This document shows positions 1 through 13,400 of a stretch of DNA of 64,000 nt, in pieces. A model generated the notes under the pieces. That model saw nothing but the letters and a program-made list of their open reading frames with translations. It had not been told where the DNA came from and searched no databases. The stretch spans positions 335,435,765-335,499,764 of the forward strand of contig NC_133620.1 of NCBI RefSeq assembly GCF_048593235.1, in the 5' to 3' direction. Both the position numbers and the translations under genes were made by a program. The DNA comes from Sminthopsis crassicaudata. Its lineage: Eukaryota. How positions within the stretch are numbered: the first letter of the stretch is position 1; every line of letters starts with the position of its first letter.

Positions 1-2199
1 TGCGTATGTGTGTGTGTGTGCGCGAGTGTGGGAGGTGTGTGTGTGTACTCTAGCAAATGAGCATGTGCATTTTGTTTGCAGGGACCAGGGCCAGGCCTGG
101 CAAGCCCATGTGTGAGAGGCAGGTGTCCGGCCTTGGCCTTGGTCTGGAGGGGACTGTGGGGGCAGCCAGGCTGGGTGAGGGAAGGAAGAGAAGAGTGTTG
201 ACTAGAAATTGAGCTCCTCAATCTACCTCTTCAAAGCCTGTTTCAGGAAACTTACTTAGGGGGTGTTCTTCCTTCCTTCTGGGTGGAAGACATATTCTTT
301 AGAGATCTCCAAATACTTCTTATGAACCAACACTTGGAATAGAATATTTTGGAAATCTGTTACCTTTCTTCCTAACAACATCCCTCAAAAACCATCAAAG
401 TCACTGTCTGAGGCAAGCCCTGTCTGTCTGGAGTAATCGAACACTCTCGGCTTCCATACTCTCCCACTCTGTGACTGATTCAAAACCTTCAGTCCTATTC
501 TATCCTATGCCCCGCCCCCCAATTCTGCTGTTAATGAGGTCCCAGTTCAGGCTAAAGAATTGCTCCCTTGTCTCATTAGCTTCTCCTCCGTTTCTCCACC
601 CCCTAGTTCCCCTCCTAATTGGATCCCAAGTCCAGTTTCATGGCAGAGAAATAGAGAGGCCCCACTGGTTTTACAGGAGACCACTGTCAAAGTTTAAAAA
701 AAACAAACCCAAAAAACAAAAAAACAAGAGCCCTCCTCTAAAATGGGAGCTGGCAACACAATCTTTTCAGGCCACAGGAACCCTCTGGTTCTCCATATGA
801 CCCCTTCCCAGAGCCAGAGCAAGATCTCCATGAAGGTAAATGAGATGAAAACTGGCAGCCTATGAAAGACCCTCAGGGTTTTTTTTTCATGTATGGGGAG
901 TAGGGAGGGAAGAAAAAAAAGCTCTAGAGTCAGAACCCCTGGATGGACATTCTGTCCAGTGACGGCTTCCTGGGGATGTGTCTAACCTACTCTAAGGCAG
1001 TTATCCCACTCTGGCTAGAACTGGAGGGATGAGAAATTAAGATAAAGGGAAAAGAGGAAGCAGAGTCAGGTCAGATGAAGGGATGCCAAATATGGACCCC
1101 ACATGTAGAGTGGCCAACAGATACCTTTGCTCCCAACCTGCCTCTGGAAAAGTCACTCGACCTTTTATACTTCAATTTCCTCATCTGCAAAATAGGAAAA
1201 ATTGGGTTCCTATTGGATTACTATAAGAATCAAGTGAAATAATAAATTTAAACTTTGCAAACTTTAAGACATTATATTGAATTATATATGCATTTGTATA
1301 ATGGTAAACTAATATTATTTTTCTTATTACACATGCAGAGTGTGATATAATGGAAAGGCCGCTGGACTAAATCAGGTTCCAATTTTGCCATTTGTTAACT
1401 GAGTGATCTTGGGTAAATCCCTTTACCTATAAGAACCTCAGTTTCCTGGGGAGTTTAGATTATATTTTATGAATATATATATATATATGTATATGTATAT
1501 ATAAAGAGAGATTTCAGTCTATAGATATGTGTGTATGCATGTATGTATTTTCAGTCTTCTTGGAATCCTTTATCACTTGAAAGCCCCTTGCTACCAGGCC
1601 CTTAATGTTGAGCAGTGATTCAGAGAGATAGTTAATGGGGTGGAAGGTGGCTTATAAACATAGAAGCAGTCCAACACCCATGCCCCTCACCAAGGTAACA
1701 GAGTGAATGTTCCATCTTCCCTCTTCACATTCTCCCTGACTGATTTTTATTTTCTTCCCCTCAACCCCTTCAAGGCTGCTTTTAATATTAATTTTCAAAT
1801 TATTTTACTTGGTCATAAATTTGGGGGGATATAGTGTGATTGTCCCATGTGTAAAACTTCTCCCTTGGATGGTAAAGTGCCTAGCACCTGGTGAGTGCTT
1901 TAAAAGTCCTTTTAAATGGATTGGTTGTCACAAAGTAAGCCTTTAAAATGCTTGTTGACTGGCTAACTGTTCAGATCCTTCCCTACTTTTCCAGGAGAAG
2001 GTTCTCAATCTTTTTTTTTTTTAAATGTCATAGCTTCCAATGGTATTCTAGTGAAACTTATAGACTCTGAGAATGATGACTCTAAGAGCATCATTCTCAA
2101 AATAATGCTTTAAATGCATTAAAAGTATATAGAAGTATAAAGGAAACCAATATTGAAATGTATTTTTAAACATATTTAACATATTCAACATATATTTCC

Positions 2200-2350
2200 C
2201 ATTCTTTTTTATTGAAGCTTTTTATTTTCAAAACATATGCAAGGATAATTTTTTACCACTGACCCTTGCAAATCCTTGTGTTCCAATTTCTCCTTCTTTC
2301 CCCCCCACCCTCTCCCCTAGGTGGCAAGTACATGGTACAAATATACAACA
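2200..2350 (-). mobile_element. LINE-1 3' tail fragment
   Basis: TTTTTTATTGAAGCTTTTTATTTTCAAAACATATGCA...CCCTCTCCCCTAGGTGGCAAG is the reverse complement of a marsupial L1 tail. Confidence 0.65.
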
Positions 2351-4106
2351 TATATTTTTTAAGTTCACAGAGTCAGTCTCTGTAGCTAGTGTAGCATTTG
2401 ATAGTGCTCTAGGTCTGAAATCAGGAAGATCTGAGTTCAAATTCTGCCTTAGTCACTTACTACCTGTATGACTCTGGGCAAGTGACTCAAACTCTTCTTC
2501 AGTTTCCTCATCTGTAAAATGGGAATCATAATAACACCTACCTCCCAGATCCATTGCAAGGATCAAATGAGCTATCTCTAAAGTGCTTAGCAAAATGCCT
2601 GGAATATGCTTGTATCATTCCCCTTTGGAGGTGGCTAAGTGACTTAGTGGAGAGAGGGCAATCCTGAGATTAGAAGCTTCTTGAGAACAGGAACAGTTGT
2701 CTTTTGGCTTTTTTTGTATCCCCATCAATTAGCAGATCCTGGTGAATAGTAGACGCTTTGTTGTTTATACAGCTCTGGAGTTTTCTTGGCAAAAATACTA
2801 GAGTGATTTACCATTTCTTTCTCCAGCTCATTTTACAAATGAGGAAACCGGCATTCCCAAGGTCATACAGCTTGTAAAAGTCTGGGGTCAGATTTGAATT
2901 CAGAAAGATGAGTCTTCCAAATTCCAGACCAGGACCCTACTGCACTTAGTGCTTGCTGAATTGCATTGAATCCTGGGCCTGGAGTTCAAATCTAGACTCA
3001 GATATTTCCTAGCTAACTGACTTTGGGCAAATCAATTAACCTCTGGCTGTTTTCTTAAATGGAAAAAAAAAAAAAAAAAAGGATACCACGTTTGTCCCAT
3101 GATCCTTGTGAGGATCAAATAAGATAATATTTGTAAAGCACCTGGCACATAGTAAGCTTTTAATAAATGCTTGTTCCCTCTCCCTTCTCTTCTTTAGAGT
3201 CAGTGCTTTAATTCTCAACTACTATCCCTTTCTTCCAGGAAGTTTTTAAACCCTTTATTAAGGTCTTGAGCACTGGGTTCCATGCTCACATCATCCCCAC
3301 AGGAAACTACAAAGCACTAGATTTTCAAGGGGAAATAGTGGAGAATTGTACTCTGTACACAGTTACACACATGGTTTCAAAACACACACAGAACAAGATG
3401 CTTAGGGGAGGGCAGCATAGGGTGAGCCAAGGGAGATGAACAAAAGCAGTGGAGAGAAGAAAAGCTGGAGCAGTCATATTTCACGCTTTCTGATGAGAGG
3501 TGAAGGAAGGGAAATGCAATTAACAGGAGCAGTGGAGCAAGCCCGACCGTGGCATTTTCGGTCTGCACAATACAGCATCCATAAATTCCAGGGAATGGGC
3601 AGAGAGACAGGGAAAGTGAAGCCAGAGGACAGGCAAGTGGTGGTAAAAGCACCCTTTTCCCAACTCTTCTACCTATGGTGGAGAAGAGAGAAGGACACCA
3701 TACCCTCCACCATACTATCATCTTTGACCCTTCTCTAGAACACCTCCTCCTCACGATATGCTTTTTTGGAAGGAGAATCCAGATCCCTTCCTCTTCCTAT
3801 TCCTGCAGCTCTCTTTCTCCTAAAATTTCAGGCCATTACCTTGACCTCTGGACCTATCCACACCCTCCACACACATGCACACACCCTGACCCCATAAGTG
3901 GTCACAAGAGCCGGGCTTTGGGGGAGGGGAATGCTAGGGTACAGGATAAAAACCAGATCTTAGGAGATGGACATCCTAAGAAGGGGCAAGGAAAGGCTAT
4001 AGGAAGGCCTCCCTCCTCCCTCAAGTTTTCCAGGGAAAAGAAGCACCGATATCCACCAAGGAAGAAAAGAGCCGGGGAGGAAGGAGGGTGGGGAGTGGGA
4101 ACCTCA

Positions 4107-4418
<312 letters not shown>

Positions 4419-6592
4419 CTAGAGCCCAGAGCCGTGGTTACCCGGACATCTGAGATGCCTCACCCCAAGGCGGGGGAGGGGGAGGGAAAAGGGGGGGGGG
4501 ACTGGGAGGATCTCCGCTCGCCGGCTGCACTGAAAGCCGGCCCCGAGTTCCCCCTGGGTCCTAAGTGCCCTCTAACAGCGTGTAGGGCTCTTGTCTCATC
4601 CAGACTTTACCCTATTCCCAAATACAAGTAAAGAGGGCATTCAGAGCTCACCATCCAGGACAGGGACAGAGAGCAACTAGAAGTCCTCTCGATAGTCCTT
4701 TTTTTTTTTTTTTTTTAATAGCATGGCACATCCTTTAAGAACTCAGATATATCCTCCTTAGTTATTTATTCTGGGATATGTCATTATAGAGTGGCTAGAA
4801 CTCTGGGTTTTGCCATCAGGAAGATCTGAATACAAATCCCTGCCTTATTTCTGTGATTTACTGAGTAAACCTGGGGAAGTTCCAGAACCCCAAAATGCTC
4901 CTCAGGCAACTCTCTAAAAGCATTCACGGTTATAACTAACCTATATGGATGAGTTCTCGTGCCTGGAGTTGCTGATAAAAGTGAAATAAATCACAGATCT
5001 TAATTTATTCGCCTAAGCCTCGAAGTAGGGATGACAGTGAAGACTTTGGGACAGAAAGTGACTGGGAAGTGGACAAAATACAAAAATCAAAAAAACCCAA
5101 AAAACTTGTTCCTCCGCTTTCTCCCCTCGAAAAGCTCCCGGTATGGATGGATTTTCTGTCTATATCCTTCAACAGAATGATTTATTCATTTGTGTGCGAT
5201 TTACATGTCATTTGCATGGTATCCACGCAGTGGGATTCTTGGCTCCCAAGGGACCCATGGAGAGCTATCCAGAGATCCGACAACTGGATAGGAAGAGCTT
5301 ACATCGTTCTTTCAACAAACGTGATTCTTTTGTGATCCTTTTAACTTTATTTTATGCATTTAAAAAACATTGTTCTGAGAAGGGATTTACCCTTGTCTTC
5401 ACCATACAGCTTGTCAAAAGGATCCATAACACACACACAAAAATTTCCTGTACTTGCAGAAGGATAAAATTCATCAGTTTCGTGTCTTTCTTCCCTATGC
5501 TCCACCAAGAATCCTTTCTCTAAAGATTCAGTGTATGTTCTGATTACTTTAAAATGTTGTGGAGTCCATCCCAGCCTTCCCAATTAATAAATCAAAAGCT
5601 TGAAGAAGCCAGAAGTTAAAATCATAGAATCTCGGAATCTGAAGGACCCTCAGTTATCATCCAGACTCAACGGATCTAAGAACAAATTCCCTTTCCAACA
5701 TCGCTAAGGATAAAGGAGCAGCTCGGCTGCCTCCCAAAGCAGCCATTCTCTGGGTGTCATACAGACACCGGGTATAATCTGGACTATTTGCCAACCTGTG
5801 CCCACATAAGCACGGGATCGAGTTCTCTTTCCTGGGTACCCGACTTGCAGGCTTGCTACTACAGACCAGGCAACTAGCTCTCCTGTATTCTTCCTCTGGG
5901 GGGCTCTGCAGAGCCAGGAGAGATTCCCCCTTAGGCGCTGAAACCATCTACAATTCCATAGGATAAGTGGGAAGCCAGATCTTAGGGAAGCGGCTCGTAT
6001 AAGGAAGAGGCAGGTGAGGGAAGAAGGTATAGGCGTTCCGGACTTTGCTTCTTGGGGTCTGTCTGGAAGGGCTGGGAGAATAAAGGAAAAGAGAGACAGG
6101 GTAAGGAGGAAAATCGAGCTGTCACGAGTTGTTCAGTTAAAAAGAAAACCCTCTAACTGTGCCGTCGGGAGAAGATGGAGAGATGCTATCCAAGCTCCGC
6201 GTACCGGGAACCATGGGGCTAAGAGGGTGGAATCGGGAAATGAAGGATAGAAGGAATGGGAGCTTCTGAGTGGGGAGGTGGGTAGAATTTTCTACCAAGA
6301 ACCTAAGCTTGAGCTCGGGAGGGAAGGACTAGTGGCTTTGGGGGCGAGGAGGACGAAAAGATAAAGGGCAAAGTATCCTCCCGGAGCGGCATCGCGGGTG
6401 GGGCCGCGCCGGAGCTCCAAGAGGAAGAAGGGAGGGGGTTAAGAGAGGAGACGAGGTCGGGAAGGGCTTGTCACTGAATGACAATAAATCTAACCTTATC
6501 TCTCTCCAGGGTGCTCTTCCCCAAAATCAGCTCTGAAATAAAATGGATCATGTGAGCGGGTCAGAGAGGTTTATGGAGCCTGGTTGCCTTCA

Positions 6593-6633
6593 TGCCAATG
6601 GTTGTAAATACCTGTGCCAACTCGGGTATAAAA
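6593..6633 (+). promoter_or_regulatory. Putative OTOP2 core promoter: TGCCAA/CCAAT, forkhead GTAAATA, TGCCAA, TATAAAA
   Basis: The motifs are seen directly at 6593-6599, 6604-6610, 6615-6620 and 6627-6633. Function is inferred. Confidence 0.5.
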
Positions 6634-6656
6634 CGCCCATCCAGCCTGGGTTGGGA

Positions 6657-6710
6657 GAGGAGAACCGTCATTCGACCCCCGATTCCCAGCTCATCCCTGG
6701 TCCCAGCCAG
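6657..6710 (+). other. OTOP2: Putative non-coding first exon of OTOP2 (start approximate)
   Basis: TATAAAA at 6627-6633, donor CAG|GTGGGT at 6710/6711, and a pyrimidine-tract acceptor at 7064 lying 37 nt upstream of the ATG, which requires an upstream exon. The TSS is inferred about 30 nt after the TATA box. Confidence 0.55.
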
Positions 6711-7101
6711 GTGGGTACTTCTCCGGCAGGGAACGTCTGTCAGGCTTGGGGCCGAAGAGAGCAAATAGGACAAGGGCGGCTTTCGTGCCCTAAGAGCCCC
6801 CGGCACTTGCTGGTGGGGACGCCCAGGTAATCCAATGGGCCACAGCTCCTCCTTCCCTCCCTGGAAGGCGACCGTCTAACTGGGAAGGAAGCGAGAGGAG
6901 CGTGGGCTTTTCAGGTCCTCAGTTTCAGCATCTTGCCTCTTCGACGGCTGCAGGAAAAGGTCCCGTTTCAAAAGTGACGCTGTAGGGAAAGGGGTCCTGG
7001 AGGGGTACTGGGGAGAGGGGAACTCTGTGGTTGATGTGGCGAACGGTCTGCTCCTTTCTTGCAGTGACTCGACACCTCTACCGTCCCTGGCCGCCACTGT
7101 C

Positions 7102-7414
7102 ATGTCGGAGGAGCTGGTACCGGGCACCAAGGAAAGCCCACAGCCCCCCGGACCCACGCCTCGGGAGGGATGGAAGAAGGGCGGCCGGATGCTGTCGGTC
7201 CTGCTGTCTGTCAACGTGCTCCTCCTCGCCTGCACCCTCATAAGCAGCGGCGCCTTCAACAAGGTGGCGGTGTATGACACAGATGTGTTCGCACTGCTTA
7301 CGGCTATGATGCTTCTCACCACTATCTGGCTTCTCTTTTATCTCTTCCGAACCTCCCGACGCCCCGATGCAGTCCCCTACCTGGACTCCCACGCAGGACC
7401 AATCTGGCTTCAAG
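7102..7414 (+). CDS. OTOP2: OTOP2 coding exon 1 (313 bp)
   Basis: MSEELVPG...DSHAGPIWLQ(G); acceptor TTCTTGCAG at 7064; donor GTTGGA at 7415. Confidence 0.93.
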
Positions 7415-10400
7415 GTTGGAGGGCAGAAATTTGGGTCCCAGAAGACTGCTGGGGACGGGGTTGGAAATGAGGTGCCGGGGAAAGGTGGGGAATAGGCAGG
7501 GGGAGGAGGGGGGAAGGGAAGGGCGTTTATAGCCCAGAGTTTCCTCGGGAAAATTGAGTATGGAAAACGTGCTTATGGGTAGGTGAACCAGGAATGGCGA
7601 GGAGGCCGAGTGGGTATGAGGGGGTACTTGGACTGAAGAAAGGAAAACACTATAAAAGGTCCAGACGCATCTTAAGGTCTGCAAGGTGCAATGGAAGATT
7701 ATTCACTTACTATACTTGAATGACCTTGGGCCAATAATTTACCACTCCAGACCTGTTTGCTCCTCTTTGAAATAGCGGTGGGGGAAAGAGTTGAGGATGA
7801 TTTCCAAAGTCTCCCAATTACTTTAAAATCTTATCGTGGCAAAGTTCCTTTACAACCCCAAATCTGACTAATTCTTGCTTCCAGAGCAGGCAGAGAGGGA
7901 CTAAGGAACTGGAACGTTAACCTCTAACTTCTTTTTGGCAATCCCAATATCTCTCTGATGGTGGGCCACAAAGGATAGATAGTATGGGGATGGAACCACA
8001 GGAGAGTTCCAGATGATATGTTCCAGCATTTCACCTCCACCATCTCTACTCCCAAGGTGGGCTGGTCCTATTTGGTGTCTGTACCCTGGTCATGGATGTC
8101 TTCAAAACAGGCTACTATTCCAGTTTCTATGAGTGTCAATCAGCCATCAAGATCCTGCATCCCATCATACAGGCTATATTTGTCATTGTTCAGGTAAATG
8201 GGGAGGTCAGTTTGTACCTGATGAAGATTAGAGTTCCTGAGATAGATGAAAGGTGCAGAAGGGGTTTAGGAGTTAGGCAGTTTGGTTAGGAGCTCTGTTT
8301 ATGGTTAACACTTGGCTGGGGTGGGGTGTGAAGACTATCCAGCTACAACTTTTATCCTCAAGAATATGGCCCCTTCTCCTTAGCTGACTTTAGCTGCAAA
8401 CAGACCAGGATTCCTATTCTAAGCCAGAATTTTGTATAGCTTGGAACTAATGGGCAAAAGGCAGGGAGGAATCAGCTATCCAAGGAGTTAGAGAAGCTAG
8501 AAAAAAAATTTTTTCTCCCGATCAATGAGCTAGAGACAAACCCAAAAGTAAATAGTAGTTAGGGGTGGGCTGTTAAATGGATTGGGATTATTTCTTTAGA
8601 AAACGTCTTTGCTTATTGTCTCTAGACCTGATTGGGTGAGACAACAAGTCACAGAAACTGAAGCAAGTTATTCTCCTTCTCTCCATTCCCAACATTTTCA
8701 CTGTACAGCATGTGTTTAAAATTTCACTTTTAGAAATTCACTTCTTTGAGATTTGTGTACTTTGTTAAATTGTTAACACTCCTGCAGGGTAACTGTTTAA
8801 ACTAACATCAACTAATAATTTAATGAGGATTCATTGACACCTAATTGACAGCAAAAACTTATAATAGGATATGATATGACATATAGAACTATGAAGATAT
8901 GATGGAAAAGTAGGTGAGAAGCTATAAAGACCAAACTTTGCTTCCTGTATGATTTGACTAAAGTTACCTAAACTATGTTTTAGCCTGAGGAACTGATCTG
9001 GGAAGTGAGAGTGGAAAACAGGAAATAAACTTTTGCCTTTTGAGAGATTACTAGGTACCTTCCTGTCTCCACTCCAGAAAGAAATTGTCTCAATATATAA
9101 TGAAAGAGACATAAACAATATGTATCATTGAGGATTTATTTGTTATTTTTGAGTTAACAATTAATGTTTTATTTTTTTCTTATTCTACTACTTCATACCC
9201 CTTCCCTTGATCTTTCTGGCAAGATCTTTCTGAGTGATTAGGGGCCATAGGTTCAAGTTCCAGCTCGAATATTTCACCTCTTGGGCCCTTCATTTCCTCA
9301 TCTGTTAAATGATGATAATTTTTGCAAGACTCACCTTGCAAGGCTGTCACGAGGAAGACACTTGGTAAACCTTATTATGCTGGGTAAATTTGAGCTATTA
9401 TGGAGATTGTAAAAAGGCATGTAAAACACAGAACATCAGCAGGATTCCTACTTCTGTCCTATTCAGAAGGCCACCTCTGTTTTCTATTCTTGTAGACATA
9501 CTTCCTCTGGGTCTCAGCCAAGGACTGTATTCATGCCCACCTGGACCTGACCAGGTGAGTGCTTTTGCCTGCCCATCACCAATTCAAAGCCAGTTGCTTT
9601 AGTTCTTCTCATATCCGATGCCAGTTGCTTCAATCCATCACCAAATTAATGTCAGTTGGTTTAGTAAATCTCCAAATTAAATGCTATTTAATCTATTCTG
9701 TCCCCAAATTCACTGCGAAGTGCTTCAAAGCCATTTCTTACATAGTACTGTAACTTCCAAGTAGAAGTGAGGCTGGTTCATCCTGGAATATCTATTTCCC
9801 AAATGCTAAGATGGACAGAATTTTATTATGACTCACCTAGGGAGAGAAAACTTGCACCATATGCATTTGGGAGTATGAAAGGAGTAACTCCAAGGCATAT
9901 TTCTTAGTGGCCCAGCCTCTTTGACAGTAGACCTGCCAAGTTTATTTGAAGAAGATTGTTCAACCCTACAAATCCCACCAAACCTTTTTTTTTTTTTTAA
10001 TCTTTCACAAAACACCTTCTCTATTCAGAACAGAATAGCTGTTCTCCCCAAACTTCTCCCTTGGTACATCTCAGGATGGATAGTCCCAGTGTAAAATGGT
10101 GACTCTCACTAACTTTTTCACTCCTCCCCTCCCCCCAATAGATGTGGTCTCATGTTCACACTCACAACCAACTTGGCCATCTGGATGGCAGCTGTGGTGG
10201 ATGAATCTGTTCACCAGGCACACTCCTATAGTGGCAATAGCAGCCATGCTCGTCTTACTTCTGAGGGTGAGTCTATTAATCCTCATGGGTCCACACACCA
10301 CCATTGACTTGGGCAATCTCAAGTGAGTAAACTGAGTTTTATTCATCATGTGATGCATCTCTATGACTTTGGGAGAATGGTTGAATCCTCTGTAGCCTAA

Positions 10401-13400
10401 AGAGGGGAGTGAGCCAGAAATAGGATTCAGGGACTATTACTATTCCCTACTCCTAGCTCTAGCTGTGAGATAGTTCTTCCTTGATCTCTAAAAAGAAGGC
10501 TACTCTGGTCTTCATGGCTGGGATATTCTCCTTGCCTGCTGCCCTCCCAAAGAGAAGAAACTACACTGAAGAGAGGACAAAGATGGTTCAGCTGGTAAGA
10601 GCAAAAGAGCTTGAGGGAAGAGAAAGAAATACAAAGAGGTCCAGGAGCAGGAGAGTGAAAAGAGAAAAAAAAAGGGTTTTGGGAAAAGTAGAGAAGGTGG
10701 AGAAAGAGGAGAGAAAATCTCTTAGCTGCCATGAAATATGGTCTCCTCCATTCTTATCTTCCTGTAATGTAATTGTTCTTCATTCTCTTAGTTTCTCAAG
10801 AGCCCCTAATTCAGTTCTTTTTTTTTTTTTTTTTGAGGCAATTGGGGTTAAGTAACTTGCCCAGGATCACACAGCTAGGAAGTGTAACGTGTCTGAGGCC
10901 AGATTTGGACTCAGGTCCTCCTGACTTCAGGGCTGGTACTCTATCCACTCTAGTGCAAGATATGCAGATAATTAATGTTTATATACCTACATAAAAACAA
11001 ATCAGATTAATAACATGCTAGTCTAATAATAATTAGAACAATCTCAAAGAGGAATATGCCATATTGAGAAGTAAGGTTCCCTATCACTGGAAGCCTATAC
11101 ATAATTATAGACTGAATGATTACTAGTCAGGGATATTAGAGAGGATTTACCTGCTAGGTATGGATTAGACTAGCTAGACTTTGATGTCCACTCCAACTCT
11201 AAGTAAAAGCTTCTTGGAGAAGGTGAGTTTGAGCACGTGTTTTGTGAAACAGGTAGATGTCGAAGTAGATAGAGTACTGGTCTGGAGTCAGGAAAACCTG
11301 AGTTTATATCTTTCCTCACTTGCTGTGTAACCCTGGACAAGTCACTTTACTGTGTTTGCCTAAGTTACTCATTTGCAAAATAAGGATAATAATGGGACTC
11401 ACTTCTCAGGACTATTGTGAGATAAAGTGAGATGTTTATAAAATATTTTACAAAACTATATAAACATATATAAATACCCTAAACTTGTTATCTTATTTTC
11501 CTGTGGAGACAATTGGGGTTAAGTTACTTGCCCAGGATTGTCACATAGCTAGGAACTATTAAGTGTCTGAGGTCAAATTTAAACTCACATCTTCATGACT
11601 CCAGGGCTGGTGCTCAACCATCTAGCTGCTTCTAAACACCCTAAATTTGAATACATGTTTAATATAGAAGTATACTCATAAAGTGTGTATCCAATGCAAA
11701 AACAACCCCAATATAGGCAAAGAGTTATCCCTTAAAACAAATGATTTCTTTTAATAAAAAAGAAGAGGAAAAGTAATAAGCAAAACTTATTGATGTCTCA
11801 AATAGAATCTCACATTAAATTCAATGTTCTATATCCCTGGATTGATTAGCGTGAGTTTTGAAGGATAATATATTTTCTGTTTCCTAGGGCAGGGGTCCTT
11901 GACATTTTTAAAAATATATTTTCATAACCATATTTGAATGGCATTGGTTTTCTTGGTAAATCTTTACATTTTTATTTTATACATTTAAAGACATTCTTCT
12001 GAGAAGGGATCCGTAGATTTCACTAGTAGTCACTAGACTACTAGACACATGAAACCCATTGTTTCTCAGATTGGCCCCCTTTCTTCCCACAGAACGGGTG
12101 GGCAGCACAGCAGGAGAAGCCTGTCCTTGCAACACCACCTTCTGTCAGATCTTCAAACAGGGCTACTTCTACTTGTATCCCTTCAACATTGAGTACAGCC
12201 TCTTCGCCTCCACCATGGTCTATGTCATGTGGAAGAATGTGGGGCGCCTGATAAGCTCTTCCCATGGCCATGTCCACGGCCATACCCCATCCCCTGCCAG
12301 CTTCTTCCGGGGAACCCTATTCATTGGACCTGTGCTGGGCTTGCTCATACTTGTGGTAGGGCTAGGAGTCTTCATTATCTATGAAGTTCAGGTGAGTGGG
12401 GACAAAAGTGGGACCCAGCAAGCCCTGATCCTCTACTACAGCTTTAACGTAGCCTGCTTGGGACTCATGACCTTAGTCAGCCTTGGGGGCTCTATCATCT
12501 ACCGTTTTGATCAAAGGACGATGGACCATCACAAGAACCCAACTCGTACAGTGGATGTAGCTCTCCTGATGGGAGCTGCCCTTGGGCAATATGCCATCTC
12601 TTACTATTCTATTGTGGCTGTGGTGGTGGGCACCCCCAGGGATCTGTTGGGTGGACTGAACCTCTCCTATTCCTTGCTAATGATTGCCCAGCACACCTTC
12701 CAGAACATTTTCATCATCGAGAGCCTCCACCGAGGTCCCCCTACTGTCCAGGGAAACCCATCCAATGAGCCCATCCATGGCCTCATCTACACTAATCAGG
12801 ATGCTCTCCAGACCTTGCCTGCCTACCCATCCACTCCTAGGCTGGTGGGCTCCACCCCTTCTGGCCCCCCAGAGGCAGTAACCATTATCTCAGCCTCTCC
12901 GAGGAACTGGAGGCGAAGATGCCTGAAGGATATTTCACTATTTCTACTGTTGTGCAACGTGATTGTGAGTAGGGGTGGAGAAGTGGTAAAGATGGGAGGG
13001 GAAGGGAGGAATGATATTCTAGGCACTATTTGCCCAACACCAGCAAAGATGTTCTTTAATTCACCCTGCTCCTTGCCAGGTACAGTAGAGCTCTCTAGTA
13101 AAGGAGTGGTTCCTCAGCCCAGAGAGGGCAACACATTTTCTTCTAGGCAGACCTATCTAAGAAAAGAGTAGAAAATGAACAAAACAGCAGAGTTCTGACT
13201 TCCTGGGAAAGCAATGGGAAAATGAGGCACTGGAGGGTTCTAAGTAAATGCTGACACAGGGAAGAAAGAACAGGAGGGAGGTGTGAGAGCTCATGGAGAG
13301 GGAGAGGAGTCCTCATCCACAAACTAGGGATGTGAGAGCTCATTCTATCTTGTGACTTGACTCTTTCTCAGTTTAATTAGAGCAGCAGCAGGAAGTACCA

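Noticed and set aside
530-538. Single GTTAATGAG POU4F-like site in USH1G intron 1 (another TTAATGAG at 8820)
   Set aside because: Isolated 8-9-mer matches are expected by chance in 64 kb, and there is no supporting evidence.
4436-4450. Possible RFX X-box upstream of USH1G (GTTACCCGGACATC)
   Set aside because: The second half-site has two mismatches to the consensus, which is too weak to call.
7027-7101. 25-codon N-terminal extension of OTOP2 from an upstream GTG
   Set aside because: It crosses the splice acceptor at 7064, so its first half is intronic. The homologous start is the ATG at 7102.
12965-13171. Read-through C-terminal extension of ORF 12059..13171
   Set aside because: A strong GTGAGT donor at 12965 and an intact terminal exon at 15771 show that this is intron.
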